Shown here in pieces: positions 34,147 through 41,928 of a DNA stretch of 54,070 nucleotides. The stretch is from Parcubacteria group bacterium Gr01-1014_38 (GTDB lineage: Bacteria; Patescibacteriota; Andersenbacteria; UBA10190; CAIZMI01). The DNA lies in contig VMFP01000007.1 in the NCBI GenBank assembly GCA_007376145.1, positions 1 through 54,070 of the forward strand, written 5' to 3'. The notes under the pieces are model-generated. The model ran no database searches, was not told the DNA's origin, and worked only from the letters and a program-made list of their open reading frames with translations. Made by a program: the position numbers and the translations under genes. The first letter of the stretch is position 1, and every line of letters begins with the position of its first letter.

Positions 34147-34650
34147 ATGCCCCAGGTAGTCGTGATTTTGGGGAGCGAAAGTGACAGAAAAGTTGTGGAC
34201 GAATCCCAGATGCCCACCCTTCTCGATGAGGTTGGCGTGTCTTGGGAGCTCTCCATCATTTCTGCGCATCGCAACCCGCAAGAACTCCAAGAATACTGTG
34301 CCGAGATGGAACGGCAGCATGCCATGATGTTCATTGGTGTTGCCGGAATGGCGGCGGCACTTCCCGGGGCGATCGCAGCGAATGTCGGCGCGCGTCTTCC
34401 GGTCATCGGCGTGCCGCTTATTTCCGATGTTCTCGACGCCCACGATGCCCTCTACTCCATGGTTCGCATGCCGCCCCACATGCCGGTAGCAGTCTGCGGA
34501 ATCGGCAAGTCTGGCCTGATCAATGCCGCGATGTTCGCGTGTCAGATCGTTGCGGCGCATCAGGAACCTATTCGCGCCGGCATGGAACGATACATCCAGA
34601 AGCACGCCAAACCCGCACAGGTTGCTGTGCAGAAAGGAAAAGTTTCATGA
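34147..34650 (+). CDS. purE: N5-carboxyaminoimidazole ribonucleotide mutase / AIR carboxylase (PurE)
   Basis: Motifs are VVVILGSESDRKVV, SIISAHRNP and GVAGMAAALPGAIA. Confidence 0.88.
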   Translation: MPQVVVILGSESDRKVVDESQMPTLLDEVGVSWELSIISAHRNPQELQEYCAEMERQHAMMFIGVAGMAAALPGAIAANVGARLPVIGVPLISDVLDAHDALYSMVRMPPHMPVAVCGIGKSGLINAAMFACQIVAAHQEPIRAGMERYIQKHAKPAQVAVQKGKVS

Positions 34651-35561
34651 AACAGACACACTCCCCATTTTCTCTTCGCCACGACGGGTTTCGCTCTGGA
34701 AAGGTTCGAGACATCTATACCTTCGGCGAGCGGCTCCTCATCGTCGCGACGGACCGGATCAGTGCGTACGACGAGATTCTGCCGACACTCATCCCTGACA
34801 AAGGGCGAGTGCTCACGGGACTCTCCGCCTTCTGGTTCTCGCGCCTTGGCACGCCGCACCACCTGATAGCGACGAATCTTGATGCGATGCAGGAGTTCGA
34901 CCACCGAATTGATTTTGGTGACTACCGGGAAGAGTACGAGGGTCGGTGCATGTTGGTGCGGAAGGCGAGGGTCTTCCCCATCGAATGTGTCGTGCGGGGC
35001 TACCTTGCCGGTTCCGGTTGGAAGGAGTACCGGCAGACCGGTGCCGTCTGCGGCATCACATTGCCGGAAGGTCTCCTCGAGAGCGCGAAGTTCCCCGAGC
35101 CGATCTATACGCCGGCGACGAAGGCACCCGAGGGTGAGCATGACGAGAACATCACATTCGAGCGCACCGTCGAAACCGTTGGAAGTGTAGGCGCCGAGGC
35201 GCTCCGCCGCTTAAGCCTCGAGATCTATCGAGATGGTGCGGCGTACGCGCTCGAGCGCGGTATCATCATCGCCGACACGAAGTTTGAGTTTGGTCTCGGT
35301 GACCATCCCCTCGCTGGCGCGTTCCTTGTGGACGAAGTGCTCACGCCGGATAGCTCCCGGTTTTGGCCGGAAGACCAGTACGAACCCGGCCGGCCGCAGC
35401 CCTCGTTCGACAAGCAGTTTGTGCGCGACTTCGTGAGCGGTCTTGGTTGGAACAAGAAACCTCCGGCTCCCTCGCTTCCTGAGGACATCGTAGCGAGGAC
35501 GCGAGAAAAGTACATCGAAGCGTACGAGCGTCTGACGCTACACGAATTCCCCTGGAAGTGA
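34647..35561 (+). CDS. purC: Phosphoribosylaminoimidazole-succinocarboxamide (SAICAR) synthase
   Basis: The ATG at 34647 overlaps the purE stop as ATGA. Motifs are SGKVRDIY, LLIVATDRISAYD, IPDKGRVLT and FWF. Confidence 0.88.
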   Translation: MKQTHSPFSLRHDGFRSGKVRDIYTFGERLLIVATDRISAYDEILPTLIPDKGRVLTGLSAFWFSRLGTPHHLIATNLDAMQEFDHRIDFGDYREEYEGRCMLVRKARVFPIECVVRGYLAGSGWKEYRQTGAVCGITLPEGLLESAKFPEPIYTPATKAPEGEHDENITFERTVETVGSVGAEALRRLSLEIYRDGAAYALERGIIIADTKFEFGLGDHPLAGAFLVDEVLTPDSSRFWPEDQYEPGRPQPSFDKQFVRDFVSGLGWNKKPPAPSLPEDIVARTREKYIEAYERLTLHEFPWK

Positions 35562-35598
35562 TACGGTCACGTTCCTTGCATCGCGCACTGAGTGCGCA

Positions 35599-35627
35599 CC
35601 CCAGCGTAACTGCTGGGGTTTTCTTTT
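35599..35627 (+). terminator. Intrinsic terminator after purC
   Basis: Stem CCCCAGC/GCTGGGG (35599-35605/35612-35618) followed by TTTTCTTTT. Confidence 0.65.
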
Positions 35628-35655
35628 CGCACAGAATGTCCGGTATGGTACGGGG

Positions 35656-36186
35656 GTGAAACTCCTCCGCGTTCCCCTTGCCCGCGAGCGACCCGGGCTC
35701 TGCGGCCCGTACACCTTGGCTGCGGTGCTCCGGTTTCACGGCGACCGGGCATCCCTCGCTATTCTCACGCGGCTCTGCCGGGCAACGCGGGCTCGCGGGA
35801 CGAGCCCGGAACGCCTCGCGGCGGCGGCACGCGCTCGAGGATTCCGCACGTGCGTGAAAGCGTGGGCGGATTTCGGTGACCTTGCTGCCGCTCTCCGCCG
35901 CGGGCTTCCGCCCATCGTGCTCTGGTTTTCCGGGGACGAGGGGCATTACTCCGCGGTGAGCGGACTGGATCGAACATCCGTCGCCCTTGCCGATCCGGAG
36001 CTCGGAAAGATTCGTCGGATGCCGCGGGACGTGTTCCGCCGCGTGTGGTTCGATTTCAGCACCAGTGGGCCGGAGAAAACCTCGCGGCTCTACGCCCGCT
36101 GGATGTTGGTTATTGAACCCAGAGAGGAGATACGCTATTCTACGGCCGCAGTCGCACATGCATCGGCCGGGGTAGCTCAGTGGTAG
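35656..36186 (+). CDS. Peptidase C39-like (papain-fold Cys protease) domain protein
   Basis: It starts at a GTG. It has the catalytic-Cys block GLCGPYTLAAVLRFHG and the His block DEGHYSAVSGLD. The 3' end overlaps tRNA-Phe by 21 nt. Confidence 0.6.
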   Translation: MKLLRVPLARERPGLCGPYTLAAVLRFHGDRASLAILTRLCRATRARGTSPERLAAAARARGFRTCVKAWADFGDLAAALRRGLPPIVLWFSGDEGHYSAVSGLDRTSVALADPELGKIRRMPRDVFRRVWFDFSTSGPEKTSRLYARWMLVIEPREEIRYSTAAVAHASAGVAQW

Positions 36187-36240
36187 AGCGCAGCCCTGAA
36201 GAGGCTGGCGTCGTCAGTTCGATTCTGACCCCCGGCACCA
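36166..36240 (+). tRNA. tRNA-Phe (anticodon GAA)
   Basis: GCCGGGGTAGCTCAGTGGTAGAGCGC.., anticodon stem CAGCC/GGCTG with loop CTGAAGA, T-loop TTCGATT, encoded CCA. Confidence 0.88.
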
Positions 36241-36247
36241 AGAGAAC

Positions 36248-36278
36248 AGAGCGGGAACAGTGCCCGCTCTGGTTTTTT
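36248..36278 (+). terminator. Intrinsic terminator after tRNA-Phe
   Basis: An 8-bp stem AGAGCGGG/CCCGCTCT followed by GGTTTTTT. Confidence 0.65.
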
Positions 36279-36402
36279 GGCTCACCGCGGCGGAGAAACG
36301 TCAGCAGGGTCCGCTGAAGGGAACAGCGGGAGAGTAGCGATGGAGCAGTGAACGCGGACGCAGCCCGTTGCCCGGCCCCCAAAGTTCCGGTACGCTCGTG
36401 GC

Positions 36403-36642
36403 ATGCCTTCAAGAACTTCAACAACGCGTGCACGGCGTCTCCTTTCCCTCCCCGTGAGTCTCGACCAGCTCGCGTTCACCATCGGGCAGCTCTCCGAAAA
36501 GGAACTCGAAGGTCTCGAACTCGCCTTTAAGCCGCGGGAACGGAAAGAGATTCTCCGCCGCCGCAAGACCGTCCGGGGCCTGGCGCGACGTGGGAAGACG
36601 CTTGCACTCGGGGATCTCCAGGCCGAGTTCACCAGCGCGTGA
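36403..36642 (+). CDS. Putative antitoxin of the RelE/ParE-type module (79 aa)
   Basis: It is a small ORF whose stop overlaps the toxin start as ATGA. The family is not recognisable from sequence alone. Confidence 0.55.
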   Translation: MPSRTSTTRARRLLSLPVSLDQLAFTIGQLSEKELEGLELAFKPRERKEILRRRKTVRGLARRGKTLALGDLQAEFTSA

Positions 36643-36932
36643 GCGGCTTCCGCCTCCTCTTCCATCCGGCGATCCGAAGGGACCTCCGAAAGCTCCCGAA
36701 GCAGACGGCGATCTATCTGGTACAGGAAGTATTCCCGGCCATTGCCGAGGATCCTTTCCGCGGTGTTCGGCTCAGCGGAGAACTCAAGGATCTCTGGAAA
36801 GTCGTCGCACACCACGGGGGCGTGAGCTACCGGATCGTCTACGAGCCCGACACGAGGGCAAGAACCATCTTCGTCCTCAGCGTGGGGGCGCGTGGCGGAT
36901 TCTACGAGCGCCTCCGTCGGCGCGTCGGATAA
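36639..36932 (+). CDS. Type II toxin, RelE/ParE family
   Basis: The 97-aa pattern FHPAIRRDLRKLPK..I...V...I..DPF.G..L.GELKDLWK.....YRIVYE.D...R.I.VL.VG.R is typical of RelE/ParE toxins. Confidence 0.75.
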   Translation: MSGFRLLFHPAIRRDLRKLPKQTAIYLVQEVFPAIAEDPFRGVRLSGELKDLWKVVAHHGGVSYRIVYEPDTRARTIFVLSVGARGGFYERLRRRVG

Positions 36933-37010
36933 GAGTCCTCTGGCCGGGGTGGTGCGCTTGTGGTTCGATCATCCTGCAGAGGCTGTACCCTGGCCCGCAT
37001 CCCGCATCAA

Positions 37011-37039
37011 TTGACGAAGTTTGTCAAGCTAGGTACGAT
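37011..37039 (+). promoter_or_regulatory. Sigma70-like promoter upstream of tRNA-Gly
   Basis: TTGACG (37011-37016), a 17-nt spacer, then TACGAT (37034-37039). Confidence 0.4.
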
Positions 37040-37099
37040 CGGACAGCAGCCGGAGGAGAGCATGCAAAGTTCGATTACCATCTCTCTCCCGGGGCACCA

Positions 37100-37174
37100 G
37101 CGGGAGTAGTTCATCGGCAGAACGCTTCCTTGCCAAGGAAGAGGCAGCGGGTTCAATTCCCGTCTCCCGCTCCA
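37100..37174 (+). tRNA. tRNA-Gly (anticodon GCC)
   Basis: Acceptor GCGGGAG/CTCCCGC, anticodon stem CTTCC/GGAAG with loop TTGCCAA, T-loop TTCAATT, U73 discriminator, encoded CCA. Confidence 0.88.
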
Positions 37175-37185
37175 AAAAGAAAAAT

Positions 37186-37209
37186 CCGGACCTCGTGTCC
37201 GGCTTTTTC
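37186..37209 (+). terminator. Intrinsic terminator after tRNA-Gly
   Basis: Stem CCGGAC/GTCCGG with loop CTCGT, followed by CTTTTTCTTTT. Confidence 0.65.
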
Positions 37210-37360
37210 TTTTGCGGGAGAAAGGGAATTGAAGGGTATGTTGAACGCGTGAACCACTTCGCGTTTTTCAAGAGGTGGAGGTGTTCGATACCAGTGGTCT
37301 TGACAGGAATCGGGTGGGATGCTAGGGTGCCACCTTTCGCCTCGGGTCTTTCCAGACGTG

Positions 37361-37975
37361 ATGCTTTTTGCATTTCTCCCCGATTTCATGCGCGCCTCTC
37401 CCAAGAGCCGCGGCTGGCTTTCGCGCGTGCTTCTCTCCGCGGAATTCCTGCCCGTGGTCGTGTTTCCGATGCCGGCCGTGGTGAACGAGTTCTTCCAGGG
37501 GCCGCTCGTGGCGGAATTGGCGGACGGCGTATCGCTGTCCTCTGATGGACGCGTCCTCGAAGACGTTTCGGACGGAGTGAAGCTCGCCACGATTGGCGGT
37601 GCGGCGCTGGTGAATCCCGCCTCTCCGGTCACGGCGGTGGGACGAGCGCCAATCCGGACCAACACGCGGCCCTCCGTCCCTGGGGGTGCGAAGTTCCGCG
37701 TCTTGGCAACCGCGTACTCGTCTACGTCAGACCAGACGGACGCAACGCCGTTCATCACCGCCTCGGGTACGCACGTGCACGATGGCACGACCGCAACGAA
37801 CTTCCTGCCCTTCGGGACCCACGTCCGGTTCCTGAACTATCGGCCGGAGAAAATCTTTACGGTGGAAGACCGGCACCACCCGCGGCTGTCCGACCGTGTG
37901 GATCTGTGGTTCGAACATCGCGCAGAGGCGCTGCGGTTTGGCAAGCGGGTGCTGGAGATGGAAATCGTTCCCTGA
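37361..37975 (+). CDS. 3D-domain (RlpA/MltA-like double-psi beta-barrel) cell-wall protein
   Basis: It has a hydrophobic N-terminus (LLSAEFLPVVVFPMPAVV) and the C-terminal block VLATAYSS..DQTDATPFITASGT.V.DG..A.NFLPFGT.V.......FTVEDR......VDLWF. Confidence 0.7.
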   Translation: MLFAFLPDFMRASPKSRGWLSRVLLSAEFLPVVVFPMPAVVNEFFQGPLVAELADGVSLSSDGRVLEDVSDGVKLATIGGAALVNPASPVTAVGRAPIRTNTRPSVPGGAKFRVLATAYSSTSDQTDATPFITASGTHVHDGTTATNFLPFGTHVRFLNYRPEKIFTVEDRHHPRLSDRVDLWFEHRAEALRFGKRVLEMEIVP

Positions 37976-38072
37976 ATCCCATGAAGAGAAAAATGCTCCG
38001 GTGAGCCTGGAGGGGAGGGTCATGTCCGAACCAGGAACTCACCGGGGTTCGCGGGGAGAGACAGGAAGGCAG

Positions 38073-38243
38073 TTAGAAGCGTTGGCCGCGGACGGCGCCA
38101 AAATGGATTTGGCGTGCCAGCTCCGTACTGATGCCTGATCGAAAGCATTCGACTTCGGGGATCGGTCGGGGCGCTTTCCCGGCACGTCGTTTCCCAATCC
38201 GCTTTCTCCGGGCAGGAGACGGAAATTTCTGCAGCTCTTTCAT
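38073..38243 (-). CDS. Possible small basic protein (56 aa)
   Basis: The minus-strand ATG at 38243 is preceded by AGGAGGA with 6-nt spacing. The product is MKELQKFPSPARRKRIGKRRAGKAPRP.., with no family recognised. Confidence 0.3.
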   Translation of the reverse strand: MKELQKFPSPARRKRIGKRRAGKAPRPIPEVECFRSGISTELARQIHFGAVRGQRF

Positions 38244-38372
38244 AGTCTTTCCTCCTGCGAAAAGAACCGGTGGGGACAGCGCTGGACGAGTTGGCAGGTG
38301 CCCCGCTTGGCTGGACTGTAGTGCTGTAGGGTTTCGGTGTAAAGGCCAAACCCACCCGGGGAGGATTGCCTC

Positions 38373-38464
38373 TGGTGCCAGGGGTGGGAGTCGAACCCAC
38401 ACGGTCCTTTTGACAGGACCAAGGGGTTTTAAGCCCCCTGCGTCTGCCATTCCGCCACCCTGGC
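38373..38464 (-). tRNA. tRNA-Leu (anticodon UAA)
   Basis: Acceptor GCCAGGG/CCCTGGC, anticodon loop CTTAAAA, a 21-nt variable arm, T-loop TTCGACT, encoded CCA. Confidence 0.85.
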
Positions 38465-38539
38465 TGGAGGCGACGGGCGGAATCGAACCGCCGTATAGGG
38501 CTTTTGCAGAGCCCTGCCTTACCACTTGGCTACGTCGCC
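38465..38539 (-). tRNA. tRNA-Cys (anticodon GCA)
   Basis: Acceptor GGCGACG/CGTCGCC, anticodon stem GGGCT/AGCCC with loop CTGCAAA, U73 discriminator, encoded CCA. It directly abuts tRNA-Leu. Confidence 0.85.
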
Positions 38540-38616
38540 GCGCCGCTCAGCATGACGAATTTCGACTGCAGTTTCAAGCAGCCGGCGTCCCGTGCTCGGG
38601 CTTGCCCCGCGTTCGC

Positions 38617-39156
38617 TTACGACGCTGATCCCGCTTTGGAGTCTCCTTGGGGCTCAACGTTCTCTTCCGTTTCTTCCGTCGCCTTCTTCTCCGCAGCTCC
38701 CTTTGCGGCTTTCTCCGTCGCCTCGCGCTCTTCCCGCGCTTTTCGCTCTGCGTCCTCCTTCGCGCGCCGTTTGGCTTCCCGCTCTGCCTCTACCCGGCGC
38801 ATGAGCCCCCGGTCTTCCTTCCGCCGTCGCTGCGCTTCCGCTTTCCGGAGGTAGGTGAGCTTCGCGCGGCGGACTTTCGTCGCCCGGAGCACCTCGACGT
38901 CCGTTACCAGGGGAGAGAACATCGGGAAGATCCGTTCGACCCCGATCCCGCCGGTCACGCGCCGTACCGTGAATGTTTTTCCTAATCCCGCTCCGCTGGT
39001 GGCCGTGACGATCCCTTCGTAGGTTTGTACGCGCTCTTTCCCTCCCTCCCGCAACCGCGTGTGCACGCGCACCTCAAAGCCGGCACGGAGAGCGAACGGC
39101 TCGCGTTCTTTCTTGCGTGCTTCGTAGCGGGAAAGGGGGTCGGATGCTTTCGCCAT
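38617..39156 (-). CDS. rplS: 50S ribosomal protein L19 with a long Lys/Glu/Arg-rich C-terminal extension
   Basis: The core is FEVRVHTRLREGGKERVQTYEGIVTA..GKTFTVRRV..GIGVERIFPMFSP....VEVL....VRRAKLTYLR. About 70 charged residues follow it. The start is 39156 or 39177. Confidence 0.85.
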   Translation of the reverse strand: MAKASDPLSRYEARKKEREPFALRAGFEVRVHTRLREGGKERVQTYEGIVTATSGAGLGKTFTVRRVTGGIGVERIFPMFSPLVTDVEVLRATKVRRAKLTYLRKAEAQRRRKEDRGLMRRVEAEREAKRRAKEDAERKAREEREATEKAAKGAAEKKATEETEENVEPQGDSKAGSAS

Positions 39157-39219
39157 CGCAAAGGAGAACCCTACCACGAGCCGGGTGCGCCCGCAAGCTC
39201 TGGAGCGCGCAGGATCGCG

Positions 39220-40167
39220 TTAGCGTACGACAGGTGGTGCGGTTGGCGACGGTGAGGGTCCCGCAACTGCCAAGGACGTGAGGGCCACGTCGAAGAGGGC
39301 GTTGTACTGCTTCGCTTCCCACACGGAGGCGAGCCCGGACCCCGTGAGGGTATAGATCTTCCCGTCTTTCACGAAGATGAGCTGCTTGTTGCGAAGGGTG
39401 AGCTGTGCTTCCCGGTACGTACCTCCCAAAATGTGTGCCGGCTCCCCACTCACGGTGCGCACCCGGGCGTCGTCGATGGACGTGTAGCCTTTGAGGAGTC
39501 GCGGGAGCGTGGCTTTCGTGCGCGCGACGGCTGCATCCAGCGTGACGCCCGCTTTCGGCGTCGCCCTGGCGACCACGAGGAGGTTCGGCGGGACGAGCGA
39601 TCCCTCGGGAGTCATATCCGGTGTCTGGCTCGTGAAGATGACGTCGGCTCCGAGCTTCCCTCCGGTGTCCGCTGCCCACCCCAGAGGTGGCGTGAGGCTG
39701 AACCCGTCCGCATGCACGTACGGCGTCGGCGTGGGAGTCGCCGTCGGAGTCGGAGACGGGAGCGCCGTTGGCGATACTTGGGAAGGAATCTCTTCTCGGA
39801 GTTCCCGCTGGTTCTGCCAGGTGAAGTAGAAGGCAGCTCCTCCCACTACCAGGATGAGAAAGCCGCCGAGGAGCGTCATGACCAGGCTCAAGCGTCCGCC
39901 GCCACGTGGTTCCTCCGGGACCGGCATCGGCGGGAGAGGCACGGGAGGCCGAGCGATCTTCGGCGGAGGACTCGGCGGAGTGAAGCCTTGGGGCGGAGAT
40001 GGAGGGAGCTGTGCCGGCGGCGGTGCAAGAGGGACTGGCGGTGTCTCCCGTGAAGGAGCCGGTGTCGGTCGTGGGGGAACTGGACCTGCGGGCCCGCGTG
40101 GAGAGAACCCCTGCGGTGGAGCCGGCGGCAGGGGGTTCAGGGGCGGTGGAGGTTGTGTTGGATCCAT
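39220..40167 (-). CDS. Proline-rich, single-pass membrane protein with an extracytoplasmic globular domain
   Basis: It has an N-terminal PPPP-rich region, one TM segment (LSLVMTLLGGFLILVVGGAAFYF) and a ~180-aa C-terminal domain. The start is uncertain (40167 or 40236). Confidence 0.55.
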   Translation of the reverse strand: MDPTQPPPPLNPLPPAPPQGFSPRGPAGPVPPRPTPAPSRETPPVPLAPPPAQLPPSPPQGFTPPSPPPKIARPPVPLPPMPVPEEPRGGGRLSLVMTLLGGFLILVVGGAAFYFTWQNQRELREEIPSQVSPTALPSPTPTATPTPTPYVHADGFSLTPPLGWAADTGGKLGADVIFTSQTPDMTPEGSLVPPNLLVVARATPKAGVTLDAAVARTKATLPRLLKGYTSIDDARVRTVSGEPAHILGGTYREAQLTLRNKQLIFVKDGKIYTLTGSGLASVWEAKQYNALFDVALTSLAVAGPSPSPTAPPVVR

Positions 40168-40205
40168 CGCTGTCTTGGTTGGTTCTCGCCTAGTATAGCA
40201 TGGGG

Positions 40206-41078
40206 CTAGTTCTGCGGGGCACGCGGTGTCCGCCACCGGTAGCCAAGGGGTGTTGGTCGGTCCGGCAAACCGCGGAGTCCGGCGAGGACCGCCGCGAGGT
40301 CGTCGGTGAGCGGACTGGTGAAGGTTCGCGTTTTCCCAAGGGGGAGTGTGACAGTGATCGTGTGGGCGTGGAGGAACTGCCGCGTGAGTCCTTGGGGTGT
40401 GCGGTGACGGGATTTTCGACCGTAGAGGGGATCGCCAACGACCTTCACACTCCCATGATCTTCGGGAACGATGCCATGAACGAGCGCGAGATATTCTTTT
40501 CGGACGCGGCGCCGCTGAAACTCGTTCTTCAAATGTTCGTACATCTCGGGCGTTCGAGCGACGAGGAGCACCCCCGACGTTTCCTTATCAAGGCGGTGCA
40601 CAATGCCTGCCCGCATCGCCTGCGGCGAAGCGCTGGCAGGCGGGCCCGGCCGCTGCGGGTCCTCCCCAACGTCCCGCAGACCCGGATACCGGACCACGAG
40701 CGCGTCAGCGAGCGACGGCTCCCGGCGCACGCCCGCGTGCACTGCCACACCCGCTGGCTTATTGAGAACGAGCAGTGAGGAATCTTCATGGAGAATATTG
40801 AGCGGCGGGAGTGCTTCGGTGACGACGCGGTGCTGTTCCGCTTCGGGAGGCCCCACGAGACGAATTTCGTGTCCGGTGCGCACCAGCGTGCTGGGCTTCA
40901 CCACGCGTTTGCCGGCAATGGTCACCGAGCCGTCCCGAATGGCGCGCTGCACTGCTCCTCGCGTCCACGTCGGCACGGCGTAGTCCAGGAGAAACACGTC
41001 CAAGCGGCGTCCGGACGCCTCCGCCGGAACCACGAGTGGTGTTCTGTCTCGTGCGCTCGTCGACGCCGCTACTTCCAT
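40206..41078 (-). CDS. rluD: RluA-family pseudouridine synthase (RluD-like) with an S4 domain
   Basis: It has an S4-like N-terminus (RLDVFLL..RGAVQRAIRDGSVTIAGKRV) and the catalytic block HRLDKETSGVLLVA. Confidence 0.85.
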   Translation of the reverse strand: MEVAASTSARDRTPLVVPAEASGRRLDVFLLDYAVPTWTRGAVQRAIRDGSVTIAGKRVVKPSTLVRTGHEIRLVGPPEAEQHRVVTEALPPLNILHEDSSLLVLNKPAGVAVHAGVRREPSLADALVVRYPGLRDVGEDPQRPGPPASASPQAMRAGIVHRLDKETSGVLLVARTPEMYEHLKNEFQRRRVRKEYLALVHGIVPEDHGSVKVVGDPLYGRKSRHRTPQGLTRQFLHAHTITVTLPLGKTRTFTSPLTDDLAAVLAGLRGLPDRPTPLGYRWRTPRAPQN

Positions 41079-41773
41079 AGATCAAGGCGCTCGGCACGGT
41101 GCTCATGCGGCGGATGGTCGTGCTGCGGCGTCCGCCGCGCGGTGCGCCCCACGAACCAGCCGAACGCGAAGCCGCCGATGTGCGCCCACCAGGCGACGCC
41201 GCCGGTCGCGGCACTCCCGAAGCCGAGCGAGCCGATCCCGCTGAAGAGCTGTCCGATGAACCAGAAGAGGAGCACGGCGCCCGCCGGGAGCGTGGTCGTG
41301 GTCCAGAACCCAAACGTCGGCAGAAGCGTGTCTACGCGGTGGCGGGGGAAGAGCACCCAGTACGCACCCAGAACGCCCGCGACAGCCCCTGAGGCGCCGA
41401 GCATGGGAATGGGGGATCCAACGGCGAAGAAGAACTGGATGAGGCCGGCGGTGGCGCCTGCGAGGAGGTAGAACGCCAGGAAGCGGAAGTGCCCGAAATG
41501 TCCTTCGACGTTGTCGCCGAAAATCCAGAGGTACCACATGTTGAAGAGAATGTGCGCGATGCCGGCGTGGAGGAACTGCGACGTGATGAACGGCATCAGA
41601 GACGCCAGGTCCGAAACATCGACAAGCGCCGGAATGAGCGCCCAGCGCTCGATGAATCGTTCGAGGCTCGGCGCCGTGAGTTCCTGGGAAAATACCCACA
41701 CATTCGCGGCGATGATCCCGATCGTCACGAACGGAAACCGGTGCGACCGTTCGTGGTCACGGATGGGAAACAT
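41069..41773 (-). CDS. Rhomboid-family intramembrane serine protease
   Basis: Motifs are FLHAGIAHILFNM and GASGAVAGVLGAY, with six hydrophobic segments. Confidence 0.85.
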   Translation of the reverse strand: MFPIRDHERSHRFPFVTIGIIAANVWVFSQELTAPSLERFIERWALIPALVDVSDLASLMPFITSQFLHAGIAHILFNMWYLWIFGDNVEGHFGHFRFLAFYLLAGATAGLIQFFFAVGSPIPMLGASGAVAGVLGAYWVLFPRHRVDTLLPTFGFWTTTTLPAGAVLLFWFIGQLFSGIGSLGFGSAATGGVAWWAHIGGFAFGWFVGRTARRTPQHDHPPHEHRAERLDLWK

Positions 41774-41806
41774 GAGAGTATTCTGACACGGATGCGTTCT
41801 CGGGCG

Positions 41807-41881
41807 TGGTGGGCGGCGAAGGGATCGAACCTTCGACCTTCACAATGTCAATGTGACGCTCTACCACTGAGCTAGCCGCCC
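41807..41881 (-). tRNA. tRNA-Val (anticodon GAC)
   Basis: Acceptor GGGCGGC/GCCGCCC, anticodon stem TCACA/TGTGA with loop TTGACAT, T-loop TTCGATC, encoded CCA. Confidence 0.85.
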
Positions 41882-41928
41882 ACGCTGGTTGGCTTCTTAC
41901 GGTACCGTAGAGCGAAGACGATGTCGAG

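Noticed and set aside
37040-37099. A possible extra tRNA immediately upstream of tRNA-Gly, because the segment ends in ..GGGGCACCA and contains GTTCGATTA.
   Set aside because: With the CCA fixed at 37097-37099, the would-be T-stem strands (CGATT/CTCTC) do not pair, and no complementary 5' acceptor strand exists. It is more likely the 5' leader of the tRNA-Gly transcript from the promoter at 37011.
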